Source of the DNA: an uncultured bacterium
Lineage (GTDB): Bacteria > Patescibacteriota > Microgenomatia > UBA1400 > MFAQ01
Reading direction: 5' to 3'
Length of the DNA: 64,000 nucleotides
Assembly (NCBI GenBank): GCA_963980225.1
Contig: CAXBYW010000003.1
Location: forward strand, 32,431-96,430
This document shows positions 20,273 through 28,313 of the stretch, piece by piece (the first letter of the stretch is position 1; every line of letters begins with the position of its first letter). The position numbers and the translations under genes are program-made. The notes below the pieces were generated by a model. The model ran no database searches and was not told where the DNA came from. It saw only the letters and a program-made list of their open reading frames with translations.

Positions 20273-22130
20273 TCTTTATCAAATAGCTTTCTTTTCCGCT
20301 CCAGACCACCTCACCTAAATTCAAAACATTATTTTCCCTCACCTTATACCCCTTTCTCTCATCAGGTCCAACCACCACCCAACCTACATTAAAATCCTTC
20401 ACTAAATCTTTATCTCCCGTCTCATAAAAACTTCTCACCAATCCTTCTCTTTCTCTAACCACATCATAACTTCCTCGCCACAACCATTCATGCACTCTCC
20501 ATCCAACTACTGTTGGCGTACCAGAGAAAGCCGACACACTATTTAACCTACTATAACTATCTCCCACCGCCTCCACTAAATTTTTACGATCTCTGTTTTT
20601 CTCTAAATAGTCAATCATTCCCCATTTGTCTTTATCTTTTTTTAACCAAACCAAACCATCCACACCTTTATATTTCTTAAATCCTCCATAATAAGAACTA
20701 AAAGATTGTATGGGGAAAATCATAAGTCCTACCCATAAAATAACCATTAATACTCGCACTAAATAATTAGTTTTTTGTTTTCCCACTATCCACCCAAACA
20801 ACAAACTCATCATAATAAACGACTGATAAGTTAACTTAAACATGGTGTTAGCCCTTTGGTGAGAACTATAGATATCTCTTACATATAGTATCTCTGGAAT
20901 CAAAAGTAGTAGTATCCCCGTTACTCCCATCGCTATAATCACCAAGTTCTTTCCTTTTATTTTTTTACCAATCACCAACCATAGGCCTAAAAGAGTCGCC
21001 ATTAGGTGTCCTCCCCACAGTACACCTATTTGCCACAAAGGAGATCTACTACTGGTTAAACTAACCCCATCAGAAAAAGACTTGAAGTTTAAAAGCCAAG
21101 GCAACGCAGTCACTCCTGCCACTCCACCAATTATCAAGATCAATTTCAACAACTCCTTTACCTTGATTTTTCTGTAAACAAGTAACAACGAGCCAAAGAT
21201 AACTAACAGCAAACCATATATCGCTACATCCCAAGTGTTAGTCATAATCATCACTCCCATAAGTACTCCCAAAACAACCCCTCTCAACCTTGATCTCACT
21301 CCTGCTAGTACTAAAATAAACGCTAGCACGATAGGTAGTCCCAAGACGTGACCATGTAAGTCACTTACTACAAAACTATATCCTGGGAACTCATGAATCG
21401 TATTTTCTATAAATCTAGTGGCATCAGCATACCAATAACCAACAAAACCTTTGTTCTTTAATAGATACCACAGAGAATGACTATTCCCTCCTAGGCAAGT
21501 CAACAAGGCTCCCATTATTCCTCCCACCACTCCACCACCAAGTGTCACTATTATAGAGAAGCTCAAAACTAAGCTAGTACCCAGAATCCAAGCAAGCATT
21601 AGGTTGTATCCAACTCCTAATCCCACCCCCCAGATCCTAACTAAAATACTGGCTAGAAAATGCCCAAATGAATAATAGTTTATAGACTCTCCAGCTAACC
21701 ACATATCATTTACTGGCAACTTACTAGAAACTAGATATTGTTTTATAAAACCAAAATCCATAAACTTCTCTAATCCTAAAATATCCGGTTGAAATCCTCT
21801 AATCAACGAAAGACTAAGAAGGCCAAACAAAAACAATCCCTCTTCCAGTAAGATAATTTTGCTCAATTTTTTAGCGTCTTGTAAAAAGCGAAAACCAATC
21901 AATAGTAACAACAAAATTACCCCAGCCACTCCAATATCTGTATTCACTGGTAGTATGTGACCTACAAACCAAACAGGAAGACTAATAACCAAAAGTCCCA
22001 ACACTCTCCCTAAGGCCCAACCTCCATCAGCTAGCTTACCAAACCACTTACTTATCCATGGCCAGACCAAAAACTGTAACCCCAAAGAAATCAAGTAAAC
22101 CTTAAAAATTATTCCTAAATCATTTGCCAT
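20262..22130 (-). CDS. large polytopic membrane protein, possibly a GT-C-like glycosyltransferase
   Basis: 622 aa with about 12 TM helices and a roughly 150-aa C-terminal soluble domain. No diagnostic motif. Confidence 0.3.
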   Translation of the reverse strand: MANDLGIIFKVYLISLGLQFLVWPWISKWFGKLADGGWALGRVLGLLVISLPVWFVGHILPVNTDIGVAGVILLLLLIGFRFLQDAKKLSKIILLEEGLFLFGLLSLSLIRGFQPDILGLEKFMDFGFIKQYLVSSKLPVNDMWLAGESINYYSFGHFLASILVRIWGVGLGVGYNLMLAWILGTSLVLSFSIIVTLGGGVVGGIMGALLTCLGGNSHSLWYLLKNKGFVGYWYADATRFIENTIHEFPGYSFVVSDLHGHVLGLPIVLAFILVLAGVRSRLRGVVLGVLMGVMIMTNTWDVAIYGLLLVIFGSLLLVYRKIKVKELLKLILIIGGVAGVTALPWLLNFKSFSDGVSLTSSRSPLWQIGVLWGGHLMATLLGLWLVIGKKIKGKNLVIIAMGVTGILLLLIPEILYVRDIYSSHQRANTMFKLTYQSFIMMSLLFGWIVGKQKTNYLVRVLMVILWVGLMIFPIQSFSSYYGGFKKYKGVDGLVWLKKDKDKWGMIDYLEKNRDRKNLVEAVGDSYSRLNSVSAFSGTPTVVGWRVHEWLWRGSYDVVREREGLVRSFYETGDKDLVKDFNVGWVVVGPDERKGYKVRENNVLNLGEVVWSGKESYLIKITD

Positions 22131-23325
22131 TAATTATCATTTTAGCTGCTTTTTGACCTAACTCCACCGCAAAATTCACTCCTCTATCCCACGGATACAC
22201 CATGCTCATGTTGGCTACATAATAATCAGGGTCATCCGTCTTTATCCCATCTACCATTTTAGAATAACCCACCGGAAATACTGGTTGGGCAAAAGGTGAC
22301 TGGAACTTCCATTTTCTAGTAATCCAACTTTTCCTAAAATTAGAGTTTATTTTTTTTAAGTAAGGTAAAAATATCTCCAGTAATTCTTCATCACTCATCT
22401 TTAACCTATTGTCTCTGTCTTCCAAGTAATTCCCTAAATACACTACATGTTTATTACCATAATATTTTTTATCTATAAAATTAGTTTGTTCCACCACCAC
22501 TAAAAACGGCCATTTTTTCTCCAAAACATTCAACCAATACCCCTTCATTAGTTTCTGGTTCAACTCCAAGACCAACGTCTGTCCCCATAGATAATCTACC
22601 TTTTTTACGGCCGGTCTAGTGTCTAACACCTTATCAAACTTACCATCAGCCTTGTATTTAATCCCCAACTTTACTTCTCCTCCATTTTTTGTTATCTCTT
22701 CTGCTATTTTTTCAGCCAACTTACCAAAACCACCTTCAAAGTATCCCAAACTTGAAGTTCTTTTGTATACCCTAGCCCAAAACCACGCCATATTTACTTT
22801 AGGAAGATACGATCCAAACTTTGCCACCAGAAGTGGTTCCCAGACCTTCTTATATCCCTCCTTACCCACTACTCTAGGCAACATCTCTACCACCCTATGT
22901 TTTTCTAATCTCAAGCCGTTTATAATCACTTTAAGTCCCGCCAACCCAATTCCCATATGGATTCTAGACATCAAGCTTAATCGATCAAACATCAAAAGCG
23001 ATAGGGGAGAATCCAATTGTTTTTCTTCACTTTCAATCAGACTATTAGTATCAGGTCTCTTAAAAAAAGCTGGCCACTCAACACTCTTCGCTAGATTAAT
23101 TATTTCTTTGTCTCCAGAAAAAATATGATGATAATATTGTTCCGCTCCCCATCTCCACCCAGATGGTTTGAAGTTTCTCGCCAACCCACCAACTTCCTTT
23201 TCTTTTTCAAAAATCACCACATCATGCCCTGCTCTTGAAAGATCTAATCCCGCCGCCAATCCTGTAAAACCAGCCCCAACAATTCCAATCCTCATTAGGT
23301 TATTATAGCGCCAGTAAGATTCCAA
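22120..23325 (-). CDS. FAD/NAD(P)-binding oxidoreductase (amine-oxidase / UDP-galactopyranose-mutase-like fold)
   Basis: N-terminal Rossmann motif IGIVGAGFTGLAAG...VVIFEK...GG. The real start is probably the Met at 23295 (MRIGIV). Confidence 0.55.
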   Translation of the reverse strand: MESYWRYNNLMRIGIVGAGFTGLAAGLDLSRAGHDVVIFEKEKEVGGLARNFKPSGWRWGAEQYYHHIFSGDKEIINLAKSVEWPAFFKRPDTNSLIESEEKQLDSPLSLLMFDRLSLMSRIHMGIGLAGLKVIINGLRLEKHRVVEMLPRVVGKEGYKKVWEPLLVAKFGSYLPKVNMAWFWARVYKRTSSLGYFEGGFGKLAEKIAEEITKNGGEVKLGIKYKADGKFDKVLDTRPAVKKVDYLWGQTLVLELNQKLMKGYWLNVLEKKWPFLVVVEQTNFIDKKYYGNKHVVYLGNYLEDRDNRLKMSDEELLEIFLPYLKKINSNFRKSWITRKWKFQSPFAQPVFPVGYSKMVDGIKTDDPDYYVANMSMVYPWDRGVNFAVELGQKAAKMIINGK

Positions 23326-23752
23326 TCACAGCCATTAAGAGTCCACCTCCAAACGCTACTATGCCAGGCAAGCTCAGTATTCCTGCTTCTGGTAAGCTCT
23401 CCACTCCCGCAGTAGGGGTTGCTGTTCCAGTTGGGCTGTCAGTAGGTGTAGCCGTCCCCGTAGGATCATCAGTAGGGGTTGCTGTTCCAGTTGGAGTCTC
23501 TGTCGGAGTTTCAGTAGGTGTAGCCGTCCCCGTAGGTGTTTCTGTTGGTGTAACAGCTTCTCCAATAGTAAAGCTAACATCACAACTTCCTCCACCTTTC
23601 CACTCTGCTGCTGCAGGCTTACTTGCTGGTGCAGTAGGTGCCACTTGTTCTTGGTCTCTAAGTCTCATTGCAATAAACACAGAAGCTCCAGCTAAAACTA
23701 AAACCAAGATTACTAAAATTATTGCTAGTATTTTCTTCTTTTTATTTTCCAT
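23303..23752 (-). CDS. small secreted Thr/Pro-repeat protein ending in a sorting-signal-like LPEAG motif plus a hydrophobic anchor
   Basis: N-terminal signal/TM, repeats of the TPTxTPTGTATPT type, and a C-terminal SLPEAGILSLPGIVAFGGGLLMAVIGILLAL. Confidence 0.6.
   Translation of the reverse strand: MENKKKKILAIILVILVLVLAGASVFIAMRLRDQEQVAPTAPASKPAAAEWKGGGSCDVSFTIGEAVTPTETPTGTATPTETPTETPTGTATPTDDPTGTATPTDSPTGTATPTAGVESLPEAGILSLPGIVAFGGGLLMAVIGILLAL
23420..23575. repeat. imperfect tandem DNA repeat of about 60 bp (coding the TPTGTATPT repeats)
   Basis: gtaggtgtagccgtccccgtagg and ggggttgctgttccagttgg each occur twice in register. Confidence 0.6.
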
Positions 23753-23756
23753 ATTT

Positions 23757-25157
23757 TTACTGTACCTGCCCTTCTATATTGTAAGTTCCAGCTTGAGACA
23801 GTGTATATTCCATATAAAACTCTCCAGCAGTATTCTTAGCGGTTGTAGTTACCCAAGTCTCACTATTGACTCTAAATCTTCCTTTAGAAAACTGGCTACT
23901 ATCTCCTCTTGCCGCTAGTCTCACTTTGTCACCCACACCCGCAAACTGACCTACTTGGCTCAAAGTAGTTATTTTCCATGTTCCATCTTGCAAGGTATAA
24001 ATTCTTGTTTCTACACAAGCCCCACCAGCCCCTGTTGGTGTAGCTGTCGGGGTGCCACCTCCACCACTACAACCTTCTGCTATCGACTTACAACCAGTGA
24101 GACAACAAACTTGGGTATCCTTATCACAAGTTTGTGCACCACACTCAATAATTCCACCACCCGGAGGTGTCGTCGGTGTTAGTATTGGGGTTGATGTTGG
24201 AGTTGGTGCTGAGGTAATAGTCACCTGGCAATATAGGCGTTCACTTCCCCCGCCCACCGCTCGACATTTTCCAGAGCCCGTACTGGTAGTGCAAGTGTCT
24301 CCCAAATTTACACAACCATCGTCGTTTTTTACACACGTGGTCCCATTATTGTAATATCCAAGTGCACAAGGTGTTTGTATGTTCGTAGGTGTCGGTGTGG
24401 GATTCAGCCCACCCACACCACAACCTTGTGTTTCCGGCTTACATCCAGTAAGGCAGCAGACTTCAGCACCTTTCTCACAAGTCTGTGTACCACATTGAAA
24501 AAATTGGGGGGTTGATGTTGGAGTCGGCGCTGAGGTAATGTCCACCTGGCAATAGTACTTTCCCGGTGCACCCGTTGCTCTACACCTTCCAGTTCCCGTA
24601 CTAGTAGTACAACTGGCTCCCGAAGATGTACAAACATTATTGTCAGCCGGAGTTGGTTCTGGATCACACTGATAGGCATTTGAACAAACGGGACCATATA
24701 TACTATCAACAACTGTTCCACATAAAGTCTCATGAAAACGACAGAACTCACCAAGATCTCCTAGTGGTTCTGAAGCCCTTTGTCTAATATCTCCTCTAAA
24801 CTTATCAATATTTAATGCCACCATTGGTACTCCTACCAACAATACCAGGGCAATAACTGCACCTACAATTTTTCCAACTGATTTTTTCTTAGGCTTCTTT
24901 CCATCACCATCTTTCACAGGTGCCATATTAGGATCATCATTCATCGTTCCAGTGTCAATAGGAGGAGCTACAGCTTCACCTACTGGTTCAGGGCTTGCGT
25001 CTGTAGACATAGACTCGTTTGGTAGTGGCGTTGGTGGGGGAGGTGGTGGTGAAAAAGTATCATCCTCTGCTTCTGGTAAAGGTGGCAAACTAGCCAAATC
25101 ATTCTTGGCAGGACTGGGAGAAGTAGTTTTATTCTTATTTAAGTCGTTCGGATCCAT
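23757..25157 (-). CDS. single-pass membrane protein with a Pro-rich cytoplasmic N-tail and an extracellular Cys-rich tandem-repeat domain
   Basis: PPPPPPTP N-region and a TM helix (IVGAVIALVLLVGVPMVAL). Two repeats of about 80 aa carry the conserved spacing C..C..C..C..YCQV.ITSAPTPTSTP..CG.QTC....VCCLTGCK...GC. The C-terminal roughly 100 aa are Cys-free. Confidence 0.5.
   Translation of the reverse strand: MDPNDLNKNKTTSPSPAKNDLASLPPLPEAEDDTFSPPPPPPTPLPNESMSTDASPEPVGEAVAPPIDTGTMNDDPNMAPVKDGDGKKPKKKSVGKIVGAVIALVLLVGVPMVALNIDKFRGDIRQRASEPLGDLGEFCRFHETLCGTVVDSIYGPVCSNAYQCDPEPTPADNNVCTSSGASCTTSTGTGRCRATGAPGKYYCQVDITSAPTPTSTPQFFQCGTQTCEKGAEVCCLTGCKPETQGCGVGGLNPTPTPTNIQTPCALGYYNNGTTCVKNDDGCVNLGDTCTTSTGSGKCRAVGGGSERLYCQVTITSAPTPTSTPILTPTTPPGGGIIECGAQTCDKDTQVCCLTGCKSIAEGCSGGGGTPTATPTGAGGACVETRIYTLQDGTWKITTLSQVGQFAGVGDKVRLAARGDSSQFSKGRFRVNSETWVTTTAKNTAGEFYMEYTLSQAGTYNIEGQVQ
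24100..24670. repeat. internal tandem duplication of about 280-320 bp (Cys-rich module repeated twice)
   Basis: Near-identical DNA blocks at about 24187-24240 and 24507-24556 (ggggttgatgttggagt.gg.gctgaggtaat...cacctggcaata), plus the protein-level repeat. Confidence 0.6.
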
Positions 25158-26470
25158 TTTTTAAGATTCTGGCCTGTTAAAAACAGTCCTAACCCCACTA
25201 TAAGTAACCAGTATGTTGAAGTCAATACCCCTGCTTCTGGAACACCAGATTCTGTAGATGGCATACTACTCCCACTGGCCTCAATCACAGTTGGAGTAGC
25301 GCTAGGTGATGTAGTCGGCGTAGTAGTTGGTGTAGCAGAGCCAGTAGCGGTAAATGAAGGTATTCCTCCCACATCTTCGGCTGCCAACACAATAAAAGAT
25401 CGAGCTATTATCTGTAGTATTCCATTTTCATCCTCATACTCTATAGAGACAGTGTGCTCACCCGGCTCCAAGTCCATTGGTGGTGTCCACGTCCAAACCC
25501 CGTCTTCATCAACAATAACATTAGCACTCTGTTCAACTTGAGAATTGACTGTTACTTTTACACTAGTCCCCACCGGTAATTTACCCATAAACTCTGGGCT
25601 AGAAGTAGCAATTTTTTCTCCATCAACCACAGGGTTTATCAACTCTTCACTATCCGCCAACTCTCCAAAACCTGCTCCTTCAACTAAATCACTAGTATCT
25701 CCACTGATAGGGACTACACTCTCAACTAAATTTACATTTGTCCCAATGACAATATCTTTAACAGGACTATCATTGGCAGTATTAGTTAGAGCGGTTGCTG
25801 TTCCTAAAGCCCCCCCTTGAACAAATAACGATAGCTGTTGATTTTGTTTATCATAAACAAGTGTTTGCCCTTTATCATTTTTTGCTTCTCCTAAATTTAA
25901 CCGCCACACTCCTCCATTTTTTGTTAAAGCAGACATGGTCTCCCCTCCCTCGATCTCTACATAAACTGCTACCCCTTCTATTCCTTGGCCCGCAGCAGAA
26001 ACAATCTTACCGCTAATAACATCTTCCTCTCCCACACCTGTTCCTACTCCCGTTCTTATTTGATAAGGTTTATTATTATCACTGTAACTGGTTGAGCCAG
26101 CCAGTATCTCAAAATAATAAGTTTTATTTACATTAAGATTGGTCAGCACCACATAGTGAGTAACAAACACTCCTGCTTCACCAGACACCTTATCTCTAAT
26201 ATCAGCTCCCGGTAAACTTAAATTACTTGGATTATCTGAGTACGTTAAAAGACCTGTTACTGGCACATCTGTCGTCCAGCTAACCGTAACACTTTCTCCT
26301 CCTCTATTGCTAATCTTTACATTCTTGGGAACAGAAGTCGGCCCAGCTTTTGTTAGAAGGCTTTGCGGCTTTCCTACCAACAAAACTCCAGCCACCAATC
26401 CACCAATCAGTATAATCACACCCAATATAGTAGGAATTCGCTTGTTAAAAATATCTGCTTTCTTTTTCAT
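25139..26470 (-). CDS. surface protein with an N-terminal signal anchor, an Fn3-like domain and a C-terminal VPEAG sorting-signal-like module
   Basis: N-terminal TM, VSWTTDVPVTGLLTYS (Fn3-like), and a C-terminal TPT-rich linker ending in SGVPEAGVLTSTYWLLIVGLGLFLTGQNLKKWIRTT (motif, hydrophobic helix, basic tail). Confidence 0.55.
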   Translation of the reverse strand: MKKKADIFNKRIPTILGVIILIGGLVAGVLLVGKPQSLLTKAGPTSVPKNVKISNRGGESVTVSWTTDVPVTGLLTYSDNPSNLSLPGADIRDKVSGEAGVFVTHYVVLTNLNVNKTYYFEILAGSTSYSDNNKPYQIRTGVGTGVGEEDVISGKIVSAAGQGIEGVAVYVEIEGGETMSALTKNGGVWRLNLGEAKNDKGQTLVYDKQNQQLSLFVQGGALGTATALTNTANDSPVKDIVIGTNVNLVESVVPISGDTSDLVEGAGFGELADSEELINPVVDGEKIATSSPEFMGKLPVGTSVKVTVNSQVEQSANVIVDEDGVWTWTPPMDLEPGEHTVSIEYEDENGILQIIARSFIVLAAEDVGGIPSFTATGSATPTTTPTTSPSATPTVIEASGSSMPSTESGVPEAGVLTSTYWLLIVGLGLFLTGQNLKKWIRTT

Positions 26471-26802
26471 TCTTGTTCAACTTTACCAGTTTCGGAAGCT
26501 TCAGGTGGATTTTCAACGGCCGGTTCCTCAATGCTTACATTACTTGTAGGAGTCTCAGGAGCATATATGACAATTGGTCTATCAAGCTCAAGACGGTTAA
26601 ACCACTTTCTATTACCCAAATTCTGAACAACTTCTTCTTTAATCTTTCCATCTAGTGGTTTTATGGCTTTTTCTTGAAGTTCAGAGATCTGAGACTTAGT
26701 TAAAGCAGAATAAATCTGAAAAATCACAAAAGACCCAACCATTAAGAGAGTCATCAATCCAACCAGTAAAATGTTTGCGCTAATAGTTTTTTTAGGTTTC
26801 AT
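26467..26802 (-). CDS. small bitopic membrane protein (PilP-like position)
   Basis: 111 aa with an N-terminal TM and an acidic C-terminal tail. It directly follows pilO. Confidence 0.3.
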   Translation of the reverse strand: MKPKKTISANILLVGLMTLLMVGSFVIFQIYSALTKSQISELQEKAIKPLDGKIKEEVVQNLGNRKWFNRLELDRPIVIYAPETPTSNVSIEEPAVENPPEASETGKVEQE

Positions 26803-26803
26803 T

Positions 26804-27457
26804 TTAATTTGTAGCTACCAAATAATATCCATTCATTTCCCCACTAGCTCTAAGTTTGCCTTCAATCACTTCTCTTTCTTCTACTTTAGTGATATCAACC
26901 AACGAGATAACTAAAACACGATCTAATGTCTCGATCTCTTTTAGGAAGCTCGTTAAAGCTGCTTCACTAGCGGTGACACTAAAGTGGACAGTAAACTCCT
27001 TCATGACGTTATCACCGTTCACCCACTCCCTCTCTTTTTCTTTATTTTTCTTTTTCAAGTTCTCACCCTCATCTGCTGAGACAATTACTGAGGAAAAAAT
27101 AAGCGACTCAATACTTACTTTTTTCTGAGCTGCTACGATCTCAATTTTTTTAGCCAAGTCCGCATAGGTATAGTTTTCTGGGACCGCTTTTTCAAAAAGA
27201 GGTAAATTGACTTCATATTCATCTAGTTGTTTCCTAGCTTGAATCAAGCTTCTTATTTTTGTACCAAGTTTTTTCTCAACCAAAGATTGGTCTTCTATTT
27301 TTTTCTTTAACTCAGCTACCGTTACTAGAGTGGGTCTTATGGCTGTCGTGATAAGAAACAAGGAAGCAAACACAGACAAAATAATCTCCATTGGTACTCT
27401 AATTTCTGGTTTTTGATACGCCAGGCTTAGTTTCTGGTATCTTCCTCCAAGGTTCAT
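26804..27457 (-). CDS. pilO: type IV pilus assembly protein PilO-like
   Basis: TM, coiled coil and a C-terminal domain in the PilO arrangement. It overlaps pilN. Confidence 0.5.
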   Translation of the reverse strand: MNLGGRYQKLSLAYQKPEIRVPMEIILSVFASLFLITTAIRPTLVTVAELKKKIEDQSLVEKKLGTKIRSLIQARKQLDEYEVNLPLFEKAVPENYTYADLAKKIEIVAAQKKVSIESLIFSSVIVSADEGENLKKKNKEKEREWVNGDNVMKEFTVHFSVTASEAALTSFLKEIETLDRVLVISLVDITKVEEREVIEGKLRASGEMNGYYLVATN

Positions 27458-28008
27458 TTCTTTTTACTTTTAAACTGACTGATAATCTCAAAATCCACCC
27501 CACCCCTTTTTTGATCGAACTCTATCTTCTTTATCTCCACACTCTCTACATCTTGGTAAGACTTCATGGCATTGATTGTCTGGGCCAGTGCTCGTTCAGA
27601 CCCGGCTATTCCCGCAACACCTACTCCTCCTTGCAAAAAACTGACTTGACTTAATACAGTGCCACTTGGTAATAATAACTTCAACTTACCTAGCCCCTCA
27701 CTAATTTTAAGATCTTCACTGAGGAAAGTCTCTACTGCTTTTTGTCTTACCAACACACCTCTCATCTGCTCCTCTGTCTCAACATAGCTTTGAATAGTCG
27801 TCTGCTTGAAATCATTCGCTTCTCTAAGGTCATTTAGTTTTTTGTCAAACCAAAACCTGGAAGCAAAGGCTAATATCACAACAAATTCAGTTAACACCAC
27901 GAGAACTCTTCCTGCGGTCAATGACCATCTCAAAAACTTTCCCAATATACTCGTTTCAAACGCGTCTTTGGGTAATAGATTCACCTTTATAAACTTCCTG
28001 GCAGGCAT
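27454..28008 (-). CDS. pilN: type IV pilus assembly protein PilN-like
   Basis: N-terminal KVNLLP motif (PilN INLLP), TM and coiled coil. Confidence 0.55.
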   Translation of the reverse strand: MPARKFIKVNLLPKDAFETSILGKFLRWSLTAGRVLVVLTEFVVILAFASRFWFDKKLNDLREANDFKQTTIQSYVETEEQMRGVLVRQKAVETFLSEDLKISEGLGKLKLLLPSGTVLSQVSFLQGGVGVAGIAGSERALAQTINAMKSYQDVESVEIKKIEFDQKRGGVDFEIISQFKSKKK

Positions 28009-28050
28009 ACAGCCAGTATATAGAAATCTCTTATCTTTCTCTAGGCGAGC

Positions 28051-28284
28051 TTACTTAACTAACTTACTTAAGCGTGACTTTAGTCGATCTGCTTTCTTTT
28101 TGTGAAAGATTTTTTTCTTAGCGGCTCTATCTATGGCAGAAAACAACGAAGCCAAGCTACTTTGTTTTGGTGTTTTCCTAAAAGATTTGATTGCACTTAA
28201 AGCCTTGGTTCTAACGATTTTATTGAAGTTTTGCTTTCTGGCATCAACCCTAGTTTTTTTGATTGCTGATTTTGTTATTGGCAT
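28051..28284 (-). CDS. rpsT: 30S ribosomal protein S20
   Basis: MPITKSAIKKTRV N-terminus. The 77 aa protein is basic. Confidence 0.85.
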   Translation of the reverse strand: MPITKSAIKKTRVDARKQNFNKIVRTKALSAIKSFRKTPKQSSLASLFSAIDRAAKKKIFHKKKADRLKSRLSKLVK

Positions 28285-28313
28285 GCGACGATTCTAACAT
28301 ATAAAATCATTTC

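Noticed and set aside
23361-23600. Possible CRISPR-like or minisatellite array
   Set aside because: The repeats are imperfect, in-frame and code for the TPTGTATPT peptide repeat. There are no spacer-like unique segments and no cas genes.
22619-24354. Several plus-strand ORFs (169, 185, 75 and 100 aa) and a 73-aa minus ORF overlapping the surface-protein genes
   Set aside because: They are repeat-driven antisense or alternative-frame ORFs with low-complexity translations (VAVPVG repeats and similar). The minus-strand genes have signal peptides, TM helices and sorting signals.
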